Part shown: one piece after another, positions 1 to 9,207 of the stretch
Numbering within the stretch: position 1 is the stretch's first letter
Layout of the letters: each line of letters starts with the position of its first letter
Program-made: the position numbers and the translations under genes
The notes under the pieces: model-generated
The model's database searches: none
Told to the model about the DNA's origin: nothing
What the model saw: only the letters and a program-made list of their open reading frames with translations
Source: Hyphomicrobiales bacterium
GTDB taxonomy: Bacteria > Pseudomonadota > Alphaproteobacteria > Rhizobiales > JAJFHB01
Direction of reading: 5' to 3'
Length of the DNA stretch: 39,273 nt
Assembly: GCA_021775625.1 (NCBI GenBank)
Contig: JAJFHM010000346.1
Coordinates: forward strand, 1-39,273

Positions 1-80
1 TCGCAGCTAAGGTGCCGGAGCTCACAGTCACCTTTTCTGGGCATTGCTGATATGGTCGAAACGCACCGCCTCCATCGAGC

Positions 81-2513
81 TTATCTCTGATTATCCGCAT
101 CCCTGATCGCGCGCCAAATTCTGGCCGGACTTGCCGGCATATCCATACCGCGGACGCCTGCTGGATGAAGTGCGTCCAGAACTCCGTTCATCACCGCCGT
201 GGTGCCGGCTATTGTCCCAGCCTCGCCCGCTCCCTTCACGCCGAGCGGATTGTGCGTGCACGGTGTCTGCTCGTGATTTGAAACTTCGAAAAACGGCAGG
301 TCGCCGGCGCGGGGCATCGCATAGTCCATGAACGAGCCGCTAAGAAGCTGGCCGCTGTCCGGATCATAGACGCAATGCTCGAGCAGGGCCTGCCCGATCC
401 CCTGGGCAAGGCCACCTTGAACCTGTCCTTCCACGACGAGCGGATTTATCACGCGTCCGAAATCATCGACGACAGCGTATCGGATGATCTCGGTCACGCC
501 GGTTTCCGGGTCGATTTCGAGTTCGCACATATGTGTGCCGTTGGGAAACGTAAAGTTCGGCGGATCATAGAACGCCAGTTCTTCAAGTCCTGGATCCATC
601 TTCTCAAGCGGATAGTTGTGCGGAACATAGGCTTGCTTTGCGATCTCGGCGATGCTGATGATCTTGTCGGTACCGACGACCCTGAACTCGCCGTCTGCGA
701 ACTCGATATCCGTGTCTTCAACTTCGAGGACATGGGCGGCAATTTTCGTTGCCTTTGCAATTACACGATCGACCGCCACCGCAATCGCGGAGCCGCCAAC
801 GGCCGCCGACCTGGACCCGTAGGTGCCCAAACCGAATGGCACCCGCGCTGTGTCGCCGTGGACGATTTCAATCTTGTCGAAAGGGATCCCGAGACGAGAG
901 CAGACAATCTGAGCAAAGGTCGTCTCGTGGCCCTGGCCGTGACTGTGCGAGCCGGTGAATACGCTGATGCTGGAATCCGGATTGACCCTGACACTCGCGG
1001 ATTCGAACAAACCGATGCGCGAACCGATCTCCCCCGACCCTCCGGAAGGTGACAACCCACAAGCCTCAATATAGCACGATACACCCATACCCCTGAGTTT
1101 GCCGCGGGCCTTGGCGTCGGCCCGCCGCTTTTCGAAGTTAGCGTAATCGATGTTTGCCAGACCGGTGTCCAGACAAAGCGCGAAGTCGCCGCTGTCATAG
1201 GTCATGCCGACTGGAGTGGCATACGGCATCTGATCGGATGTGATCAGGTTTCGCCGCCGCAATTCGATCCGATCGATACCGAGCTGACGGGCGGCCTCTT
1301 CCACCAACCGCTCAACCACATAGTTCGCTTCCGGCCGTCCGGCGCCGCGATAGGCATCGACCGGGAGGGTGTGGGTAAAAATGCCTTTAACCTCCGCGTA
1401 GATGGCGGGCGTCCGGTATTGGCCGGCAAGCAACGTCGCGTACAGGTATGTCGGTATCGATGGTCCCCACGTCGAGAGATAGGCACCGAGATTGGCGAGC
1501 GTCGCCACCCTCAGACCGAGGAATTTACCGTCACCATCGAGCGCCAGCTCGGCATGCGTTACGTGGTCGCGCGCGTGGGCATCGGATATGAAGCCCTCGC
1601 TCCGATCGGCGGTCCATTTGACCGGGCGTCCGCATTTGCGCGCAGCCCAGGTTACCAGCGCTTCTTCGGGATAATGATAGCATTTGACACCGAATCCACC
1701 GCCGACATCTGGCGCAACGACCCTCACCTTATGCTCGGAGACATTCAGCACCGATCCGCACATCAGCATACGCGTGAGATGCGGATTCTGGCTTGTCGTA
1801 TAGAGCGTGTAGTCTTCCGTGTCGCGGTCATACCCTGCCAGAGCTGCTCGTGGCTCCATTGGATTTCCGATAATGCGGGAATTGACCAGATCCAGCTCGA
1901 CCACATGGTCTGCATTGGCAAAGGCCTGGTCCGTCGTCGCCTTATCTCCGATGTGCCAGTCGAAGCAGATATTTTCCTTCGCAGCGTCATGAACAAGACT
2001 TGATCCCGGCGCGATTGCGGTCGCGACATTGGTGACCGCGGGAAGTTCCTCATAATCGATCACGATGCGTTCCGCGGCATCCTTGGCCGCGCTCAGCGTT
2101 TCCGCCAGAACGAGGGCCACGCCATCTCCGACATGCCGGACTTTGTCGACGGCGAGCGACCAGTGCGGTGGCTCCACCTGAGGATTGCCGTTCTTGTCGG
2201 TGATTTGCCAGATGGTCGGGATTGATTCAATGCCGTCCTCTCGCATGTCGGCGCCGGTATAGATGGCGACGACGCCTTCGGCCTGCGCTGCTGCACGCGT
2301 ATCGATGTTGCGAATGATGGCGTGGGCGTGCGGGGACCGTAGAATGAACCCCATAACCTGGCCTGGAAGTGTCAAGTCGTCTGTATACCGTCCGCGGCCA
2401 ACCAGAAAACGGCGGTCTTCACGTCGTGTAATGCGTGCGCCGAACCCCATATCTTTTTGGTTCCCACGCGTGGTGTCCATGCCGTTCGTTTCATTCGCTT
2501 TCACGTCTGTCAT
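81..2513 (-). CDS. Xanthine dehydrogenase family molybdopterin-binding subunit (form II CoxL-like)
   Basis: 810 aa; [18 protein letters not shown]-terminus, SQNPH, DVGGGFG, active-site loop [36 protein letters not shown] is the form II motif, not the AYXCSFR of true CO dehydrogenase. Confidence 0.92.
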   Translation of the reverse strand: MTDVKANETNGMDTTRGNQKDMGFGARITRREDRRFLVGRGRYTDDLTLPGQVMGFILRSPHAHAIIRNIDTRAAAQAEGVVAIYTGADMREDGIESIPTIWQITDKNGNPQVEPPHWSLAVDKVRHVGDGVALVLAETLSAAKDAAERIVIDYEELPAVTNVATAIAPGSSLVHDAAKENICFDWHIGDKATTDQAFANADHVVELDLVNSRIIGNPMEPRAALAGYDRDTEDYTLYTTSQNPHLTRMLMCGSVLNVSEHKVRVVAPDVGGGFGVKCYHYPEEALVTWAARKCGRPVKWTADRSEGFISDAHARDHVTHAELALDGDGKFLGLRVATLANLGAYLSTWGPSIPTYLYATLLAGQYRTPAIYAEVKGIFTHTLPVDAYRGAGRPEANYVVERLVEEAARQLGIDRIELRRRNLITSDQMPYATPVGMTYDSGDFALCLDTGLANIDYANFEKRRADAKARGKLRGMGVSCYIEACGLSPSGGSGEIGSRIGLFESASVRVNPDSSISVFTGSHSHGQGHETTFAQIVCSRLGIPFDKIEIVHGDTARVPFGLGTYGSRSAAVGGSAIAVAVDRVIAKATKIAAHVLEVEDTDIEFADGEFRVVGTDKIISIAEIAKQAYVPHNYPLEKMDPGLEELAFYDPPNFTFPNGTHMCELEIDPETGVTEIIRYAVVDDFGRVINPLVVEGQVQGGLAQGIGQALLEHCVYDPDSGQLLSGSFMDYAMPRAGDLPFFEVSNHEQTPCTHNPLGVKGAGEAGTIAGTTAVMNGVLDALHPAGVRGMDMPASPARIWRAIRDADNQR

Positions 2514-2597
2514 GATTCACTCCAAAAATTTTCCCGGCGCTTCCTGCCGTCCCCGAACCGGGCCGGTATTCGCGCCTGTTTGCAGGACCAGTCGTGG

Positions 2598-2981
2598 CTA
2601 ATCCACCACCGCAATGGCGTCGATTTCGACAAGTAAATCCGGATTGAAAAGGTCCGCACGAACCGTCGCTCTTGCCGGCGGCTGCTCGGCAAAATACTCG
2701 CCGTAGACCTCGTTCATGCCGGCGTAGTTGGCAAAATCGGTGATGTAGACGGTGGTTTTTGTGATGTCTGACAGGCTGCCGCCGGCCGCGGTAACGAGTT
2801 CCTTGATGTTTTCCAGGACCTGCCTGGTCTGTTCCCTGACGTCGCCTTTGCCGACCATTTCGCCATGTTCGTCCAGCGCAACGATCCCGGCGACGAAGAC
2901 CATTTCACCCGACTTGGTAGCCATGGAAATCGGCGCCGGCGGCGTCGCCACCTTGGGCGTGGAAATTACTTGCTTTGCCAT
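2598..2981 (-). CDS. RidA family reactive-intermediate/imine deaminase
   Basis: 127 aa; QTRQVLENI, MNEVYGEYF, PPARATV (catalytic Arg present), LVEIDAIA; GGAG RBS upstream. Confidence 0.9.
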   Translation of the reverse strand: MAKQVISTPKVATPPAPISMATKSGEMVFVAGIVALDEHGEMVGKGDVREQTRQVLENIKELVTAAGGSLSDITKTTVYITDFANYAGMNEVYGEYFAEQPPARATVRADLFNPDLLVEIDAIAVVD

Positions 2982-3194
2982 TTCATCACTCCATGATTTT
3001 CCTGTTATTTCAAATACCTACACGCAACCATCTGTTGTTGACTCTTCGAGTTCCTCTGGGACAATGCGGGTGTGCCGCAGTCATCTCAGTGTCTGTAAAT
3101 GCTGTGATTGTCGAATAAAAATAAATGCCCATTTCGGCTTGGCCCAGCGGCGAATGAGAGATCCATCACACGCTCGCAACGGGAGGAGCACATC

Positions 3195-3590
3195 ATGGTC
3201 AAGAAGACATTCAACAGTCCTGACGACATCCATCACCCTTTCAGCCATTATTCACATTCGGTCGTTGTCGAGGGCATCGACAAACTCATCTTCTGCGCCG
3301 GCCAGGTCGCGGGAGACGGAGAAGGTAATATTCTTGGACCCGAAGATTTCGAAGCCCAGGGCGAACTCGTCATGGCCAACATGAAGCAGGTTTTGAACGA
3401 GGCCGGCGCCGAATTGACGGACGTCATCAAGCTGGTCAGCTATGTCTGCAGTCCGCATGACGTGATTAAAGTTCGCGCCCTGGTCAAAAAGCACTTTCCG
3501 GTCAATCCCCCGGGCAATACGATCTGCGTTCTGCGTGGTCTCGCACATCCCGACTACCTGCTCGAAATCGACGCGACTGCCGCGGTGTAA
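3195..3590 (+). CDS. Rid (YjgF/YER057c/UK114) family protein lacking the catalytic Arg
   Basis: YSH, AGQV, LAHPDYLLEIDATA; PPGNT in place of PPART. Start moved to ATG 3195 after GGGAGGAG (3181-3188). Confidence 0.85.
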   Translation: MVKKTFNSPDDIHHPFSHYSHSVVVEGIDKLIFCAGQVAGDGEGNILGPEDFEAQGELVMANMKQVLNEAGAELTDVIKLVSYVCSPHDVIKVRALVKKHFPVNPPGNTICVLRGLAHPDYLLEIDATAAV

Positions 3591-3593
3591 TCG

Positions 3594-4688
3594 CTAATCA
3601 CCTTCACCGACCTCGCAGTTGACAGCCGGCATCACGGCGCTCGCCATCAGTTCCATCGACTGGATGGCGAGCGCCTTGTCCATCCAGTCATGTCCCGCAT
3701 AAAGCAGTGTCCCGAACCCGCCGGTCTCCTCGCGGAATGCCAGGATCTGGTCGGTGACACTGTTCGCGGTTCCGCAAATCACCAATTGGTCGACGATCGT
3801 ATCCACGGACAGTTGATCATCCGGCATGTCCGGATCCGTCTTGAACAGATTGGCGCGCCCTGCCCGCTTCAGTTTCTTGAAGAGCGAATTGTAATAGAAG
3901 TGGTACGGACCATCGGGACCCTTGGCATAGTCACGCGCGGTGTTGTCGTCGTCGCAGACGAAGATGCTTTTCGCCACCCGCCAGTTTGACGGATCGGCCC
4001 GCCGTCCGGCGTTGTCGCAGCCTTCAACATATTTTGGCCAATGGGTCTTGACCCATTTGGGCTGGAGGAAGTTTGCGGATATGGGGTCCCACCCGCGTTC
4101 CGCTGCAGCACTCACGCCCTTCGAATATGGCGCCACCGCGGTGACCACGATCGGCGGGTGCGGCTTTTGATAGGGTTTGTGGATATATCCCTGGCCGACG
4201 TCCGCCAACAGTGTCCGGGCGGTTGAAACAGTCCAGTATTTTCCCGTGATGTCGTAGGGCGGTTCACCGGACCAGATTGCGAGGATCTGATCGATCGCCT
4301 CGACGAACATTTCGGTCCGGTCGTTATCGAGATTGCCAAACACCTCTGCGTCCGAGGGAAGTCCGCCCGGACTGATACCGAACAGAAAGCGCCCCTCTGC
4401 GAGGTGATCGACCATGGCAACCTCCGCCGCCACCATGGCGGGGTGATGGTTGGGCAGGTTGACCGTGCCGGTGCCCAACTTGATCTGCGAGGTCGCATCA
4501 AGCACCCAGGCGATAAAGATCAGGCTGGACGTGATGGTCTCCGCAGCGTCTGTGACATGTTCACCAAAGAAGCCCTCCGAATATCCAAGCTGATCGGCAA
4601 GAACCGCCAGTTGCCGGTCTTCCCGGTAAGTCTCCGCGAGCGGCCGGCCGGGCGGGTGAATGGGCATTGTGAAAAAGCCAAGCTTCAT
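3594..4688 (-). CDS. Luciferase-like (LLM class) flavin-dependent monooxygenase
   Basis: MKLGFFTMPIHP start, GEH, IKLGTG, HHPAMVAAEVAMVDHLAEGRFLFGISPG, PYQKPHPPI. Start set at ATG 4688. Confidence 0.9.
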   Translation of the reverse strand: MKLGFFTMPIHPPGRPLAETYREDRQLAVLADQLGYSEGFFGEHVTDAAETITSSLIFIAWVLDATSQIKLGTGTVNLPNHHPAMVAAEVAMVDHLAEGRFLFGISPGGLPSDAEVFGNLDNDRTEMFVEAIDQILAIWSGEPPYDITGKYWTVSTARTLLADVGQGYIHKPYQKPHPPIVVTAVAPYSKGVSAAAERGWDPISANFLQPKWVKTHWPKYVEGCDNAGRRADPSNWRVAKSIFVCDDDNTARDYAKGPDGPYHFYYNSLFKKLKRAGRANLFKTDPDMPDDQLSVDTIVDQLVICGTANSVTDQILAFREETGGFGTLLYAGHDWMDKALAIQSMELMASAVMPAVNCEVGEGD

Positions 4689-4752
4689 AGCCAAATCCTG
4701 ATCGGACGCGGGACAACCGGCACCATCCCGGCCCAGGTTTTTCACGCCCTGG

Positions 4753-7032
4753 TTACTTGATCGCCAGTTGCTTGTCCCAAACAGGATCGCTCGCCGCCAG
4801 CACGACCTCGGTTTCAATCTGCGTGGCGCAGGACGGGCAGAAGAATTGGCGGAACACCATCTCCGGGTCGATGAACAGTTCGGGGTCGACGATCAGGGGG
4901 TTGGCCTCTTGTATGTTGTTGTCCTTTCTGACCAATCCGAACTTGTAGTTCTCCGTGGCAGGTCCGATGACGTGGCCACAGTTTTGACAGGCGACATTGT
5001 TCTTGGCATCCATAACAAGGCGGTTGCTGATCCGGCGTACGAAATCGCCGTTGGCGCCATCCGAGCCCGTAGCGTCCGGTGTCTTGCCGAGTCGGTTTTC
5101 GCGTATTTTTTCACGTTCCTTTTTCGTCGCCTTGGCATCAACCGCCCCGTTAGCCACCACCACGCCGTAGAACTTCCTGGCCGCTTCCACGGTGACTGCA
5201 TCATTGATGACATCCGCCAGCACCTTCTCAGGCGGGCGAACAAGTGGATCGCCATAGCCGCCGCCACCACTCCAGGTATGCTCGAAGACATCCAGTGGCA
5301 TCTCCTGCGTCTCATATTTCGGCGGCAGATATTCGAGTGTGCCTTCGACGTCCGATATGTCAGCTGGAATCTCACCGCGCGCGAACCACTCATCGACATT
5401 GGAGTCGCGCATCATTTTGTACATTGCGGTATTTCCGGGATAGCCACCGTCAACACCAAAAGCGGTTGGAAACGCCTGACCGAAGGTTGCAAGCACGAGG
5501 TCTATCGGCTGACCATCGGTGTCATGAGGAATCCAGCATGATGTCGCCCCCATTCCACCGCGATACTCGCCCGGCCCACCGGAGTCTTTGGTTTCGCGCC
5601 GGTAGAGATAGAGGATCGGATAGAAGCCTTCATTGGTCTCGACATTGGGGCATTGACCGGTAATTGCGGCCATCAGGCCTGCCGTATCGACGCCGTCCGC
5701 AAAAGTCCTGGCGCCCCAGCCGCCCGCCATGCAGTCCATGATCATTGTCACAAAAGGCAGCTTGTTGTTGTCGATACCCGAGGCAATGACGGTGGTCCAG
5801 GATCCGACGCAGCCGGACAGCAACCGATCCTCCAGCTCCGGCACGCTGGCCAGCATGCGCGCGATGCAGTTGTTGGCCGCATTGGTTGCCGACCAGGTGC
5901 CTGCAATGGAACCCATTGAAACACCGTGAGGGAACTCCGCGTTAATGACCGTGCCCACCGGCGTGATGAACTTGAGGGCGCGGTGAAGCCCGCCCAGCGC
6001 CCACGGAATGTCGTAACAAAGCTGCGGCATGATCGCGACTGTGGAACCACCCACCGCACCGGCGCGGGTGCAGTTGATCATACCGGCGTTGGGATCGGAC
6101 TCGGAGAAATCGAACTCCAGTTCGTCGTCCCGCTTGGTCATGGCGAGTACGGTTTTGTAAACGCCCCTGTCTTGCGTCTTGCAGACTTCCTGATAGGTTT
6201 CGCAACGCCAGGTACCGTCAGGGATCTGGCGCAAGCGCTCGCGAAACCGCTTCTCGGCATAGTCCATCTGTTTCTTCATCACCGAGTTTATCGTCTTCGC
6301 TCCATAGCGATCGATCAACTCAAGCATGCGCTGCTTGGCAACATTGTTCGAGGCGATGTGGGCGCGCAGATCGAGACCGACGAGTGCCGGCGCGCGCGAG
6401 CGGCGCAGATAGACGTCCTCTATGTCTTTGCGGATCATCCCGCCCTCGACAATCTTGATCGGGGGGTATGTCATCCCTTCCGCGAAGTGCTCTTCGGCAT
6501 CGACGCACCATGAACCGACATTGACCCCGCCCAGGTCGACCTGGTGGATCGTCGAACCGGTCCATGCGAAAAGCTGACCATCGACAAAAATTGGCGAAAG
6601 CATCGCTACGTCTTGCGGGTGAAGCGCGCCGATCCAGCAGTCGTTACACAAGAACATATCATCCTGTTCGATGCCCGGATTGTCACTCCTGTGAACAACT
6701 GTCCATTTGACCATGAAATCGACATTGGCGGCGTGCGGCAGGTAATAGGGCCCGATGTTGACGATATCGCCCAACTCGTCACACAAAACCACGTTGAAGT
6801 CATTGGCATCGGTCGCCACGGGTGAACCGGAGATCTTCTTCAGGGTCTGACCCTGTTCGTCGTTGATCTGCCACAACTTGTGCGCCACCACCTCAAGGGT
6901 AATGGGATCGACTTCATGATCCTTGTCGTAGGGAAACACTTTCAGCTTCGGCGATATCTCACTCAACTCCGGACGCTTGCCTTCAGAATAGAAGTGCTCG
7001 GAACCGGGAATTTTCATTATTGTCCTGGCCAT
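4753..7032 (-). CDS. Hydantoinase B/oxoprolinase family protein with C-terminal acetone-carboxylase-gamma-like Zn-binding module
   Basis: 759 aa; DPITLEV, FLCND..HPQD, HQVDLGG, DSGGPGEYRGG, GGGGYGDPL; C-terminal CQNC...NYK...FFCPSC. Confidence 0.88.
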   Translation of the reverse strand: MARTIMKIPGSEHFYSEGKRPELSEISPKLKVFPYDKDHEVDPITLEVVAHKLWQINDEQGQTLKKISGSPVATDANDFNVVLCDELGDIVNIGPYYLPHAANVDFMVKWTVVHRSDNPGIEQDDMFLCNDCWIGALHPQDVAMLSPIFVDGQLFAWTGSTIHQVDLGGVNVGSWCVDAEEHFAEGMTYPPIKIVEGGMIRKDIEDVYLRRSRAPALVGLDLRAHIASNNVAKQRMLELIDRYGAKTINSVMKKQMDYAEKRFRERLRQIPDGTWRCETYQEVCKTQDRGVYKTVLAMTKRDDELEFDFSESDPNAGMINCTRAGAVGGSTVAIMPQLCYDIPWALGGLHRALKFITPVGTVINAEFPHGVSMGSIAGTWSATNAANNCIARMLASVPELEDRLLSGCVGSWTTVIASGIDNNKLPFVTMIMDCMAGGWGARTFADGVDTAGLMAAITGQCPNVETNEGFYPILYLYRRETKDSGGPGEYRGGMGATSCWIPHDTDGQPIDLVLATFGQAFPTAFGVDGGYPGNTAMYKMMRDSNVDEWFARGEIPADISDVEGTLEYLPPKYETQEMPLDVFEHTWSGGGGYGDPLVRPPEKVLADVINDAVTVEAARKFYGVVVANGAVDAKATKKEREKIRENRLGKTPDATGSDGANGDFVRRISNRLVMDAKNNVACQNCGHVIGPATENYKFGLVRKDNNIQEANPLIVDPELFIDPEMVFRQFFCPSCATQIETEVVLAASDPVWDKQLAIK

Positions 7033-7035
7033 GAT

Positions 7036-9117
7036 CTAACCCTCGCCTTGTGGTGTGATGCGAACATTGCCATAGCCGTCCATGCGGGCCCGCTGGCCGG
7101 GATGGATCAGTGCCGTGGTCGCTTCAAATCGGATGATTGCCGGTCCATCAAACGCCATTCCCGGTCGCAAGCCGCCGCCGTAAATACCGGTCTCGACCTC
7201 CTCTCCGAGTTCGCGCCAGTAAAGCTTCTCAACACCGGTTCGGGCGGACGTCGCGTCTGCCTGACCTTCTTCCACTTTCTGAATACTGGCGTTTTGCACA
7301 CGGGTCGCGCCCACCACCCGATAGGTGACCAGTTCGATGCCGGCTTCCCGGAAGCCCGATCCGCGGCCAAAAAGCCGTTCATACCGGGTCTCGAATTCTG
7401 CCAGCACGTCCTCCAGAAGCTTTGCGGTCACTTTGCCTTGTGGCACCGGCGTGTCGACCTGATGGACCTGGCCTTTGTAGCGCAGCTCTACGATGCGCTG
7501 CAGGGTGACGTCTCCCCCCCTGGTCCCGTCTGCATTCAGGTTCTCCAGGGCTTCCACCTCAAGCACTTCGAAATGCTTGCCGAACGTTGCGGGGTCGAAT
7601 GGCGCAAGTGCGAGGTCAGACAGCTGGGTTACCGTGGTCAGGTCCGACACCGCGAGGCCGAGCGCGGAGAATGCCGATGCGATATTGCCCAGAGGGAAGA
7701 TTGTCTCCTGAACACCGAGCTCGCGCCCAAATGCCCCGCCGTGCACCGGCCCGGCTCCGCCAAAACCGTAGACCACAAAGTCCCGTGGATCATAGCCGCG
7801 CTCGATGGTCATCTTGCGCATCAAATCGGACATGTGGTGATTGGCGATTTCGATCATCCCGGACGCCGCGTCCCGCACGCTCATATTGAGCGGGCGCGCA
7901 ACTTTTTCCTCAATCGCCTTTTCCGCCAGCGTACGGTCCAGTTTGAAGTTTCCACCGAGGAAGTAGTCAGGGTCGATATAGCCCAGGACCACATCCGCAT
8001 CGGTGACCGTTGGGTCCGTGCCTCCCCTGCCATAACAGGCCGGTCCGGGATCAGCCCCGGCGCTTTGCGGGCCGACGCGCAAGCGGTCGAGGTCGACCCA
8101 GCCGATGGAACCGCCGCCGGCACCAATCGAGACGATGTCGATGGTCGGCGCGAGCAAAGTGTACTGGTTGATGGTCGACGTCGATGTAATGATCGGCTCA
8201 CCGTCGACCACGAGACCGACATCGAAACTGGTACCGCCTACATCGGCGCAAATTATGTTGGGGTGACCCAGCATTTGGCCGAGGAATTTTGACGCCACCA
8301 CACCACCCGCAGGTCCCGAAGCGAGGGTGTTGACCGAACGGCGTTCCGAATCCGCGGCCCGCATGGAACCGCCCATGGATTGCATGACGAACAACGGCGC
8401 CGTCATCCCCCGGCTGCTCAGCGAGCCTTGCAGTTCTCCAAGATATGACGTGAGAAGCGGTGCGATGTGCGCGTTCACGGCAGTGGTTGCTGAACGTTCA
8501 TATTCGCGCATGGCAGGGGCAATGTCGCTCGATATGGAGACGTGCATGCCCGGCGCTTCCTCTTCAATGATTTCGCGCATGCGGCGCTCGTGGCTGCGGT
8601 TTTTAAACGACCACAGAAAGCATACGCCGATGGCTTCGACGTCCAGGGCCTTGAGCATCAAAACCGCTTCACGGGCGCTGTCCTCGTTCAGGGGCACAAC
8701 AACTGCCCCTTTGTAATCAACCCGCTCGAAGACTTCGGCAATCCGCGACTTCGGGACGATGGGCGTCGGTTTATTGGAGTATGAATACTGCTTCAGCTCG
8801 GATTCAGAGCGGCCGGCTGAGCGCCCTATGATGCGCATTATCGGCAGGATGTCGCGATGACCCGCCGTCGTAATGAAACCGATTTTCGCACCGGACCCGG
8901 TGATCATGGCGTTCGTCGCCACTGTGGTCCCGTGATAAAAATAGTCGATGCTTCCGAGGACACCACGATCCTGGTCGATGGCGTCGACGACGTCCACCAC
9001 GCCTTTGGAAAAATCCGGCGGTGTCGATGGGCGCTTGGTCACCTCGATTTCGCCGTCGTCACGCAGATAGACAAGGTCGGTGAAAGTCCCCCCGGTATCC
9101 ACCCCAATCGTGCCCAT
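7036..9117 (-). CDS. Hydantoinase A/oxoprolinase family ATP-binding subunit
   Basis: 693 aa; IGVDTGGTFTD, HGTTVATNA, REYER, SGPAGG, DVGGTSFD, GAGGGS, GPQSAGADPGPACYGRGG, FGGAG. Confidence 0.95.
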   Translation of the reverse strand: MGTIGVDTGGTFTDLVYLRDDGEIEVTKRPSTPPDFSKGVVDVVDAIDQDRGVLGSIDYFYHGTTVATNAMITGSGAKIGFITTAGHRDILPIMRIIGRSAGRSESELKQYSYSNKPTPIVPKSRIAEVFERVDYKGAVVVPLNEDSAREAVLMLKALDVEAIGVCFLWSFKNRSHERRMREIIEEEAPGMHVSISSDIAPAMREYERSATTAVNAHIAPLLTSYLGELQGSLSSRGMTAPLFVMQSMGGSMRAADSERRSVNTLASGPAGGVVASKFLGQMLGHPNIICADVGGTSFDVGLVVDGEPIITSTSTINQYTLLAPTIDIVSIGAGGGSIGWVDLDRLRVGPQSAGADPGPACYGRGGTDPTVTDADVVLGYIDPDYFLGGNFKLDRTLAEKAIEEKVARPLNMSVRDAASGMIEIANHHMSDLMRKMTIERGYDPRDFVVYGFGGAGPVHGGAFGRELGVQETIFPLGNIASAFSALGLAVSDLTTVTQLSDLALAPFDPATFGKHFEVLEVEALENLNADGTRGGDVTLQRIVELRYKGQVHQVDTPVPQGKVTAKLLEDVLAEFETRYERLFGRGSGFREAGIELVTYRVVGATRVQNASIQKVEEGQADATSARTGVEKLYWRELGEEVETGIYGGGLRPGMAFDGPAIIRFEATTALIHPGQRARMDGYGNVRITPQGEG

Positions 9118-9207
9118 GTTTACACTCCCTGTTTTATCGGCGCATCTTGCCTATGGCACCGCATGACCCGCAACCGGGCTGAACCTGATTGACCCGCTCA
9201 ATATGCC

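Noticed and set aside
81-2513. True aerobic CO dehydrogenase (coxL form I)
   Set aside because: The active-site loop is AYRGAGR (and AYRGYG in the second Mo subunit), not AYXCSFR, and there are no coxDEF accessory genes.
3108-3194. Extended N-termini in the ORF track (also 4817, 15244, 19683, 22412, 29898, 33983, 36231, 36216, 37501)
   Set aside because: Downstream starts have better RBS or stop-start coupling and coincide with where family similarity begins.
6880-8292. Long antisense ORFs (also 11314-12303, 15271-16509, 24871-25899, 37993-38925)
   Set aside because: They lie opposite well-supported genes, have no recognisable motifs and are typical high-GC shadow frames.
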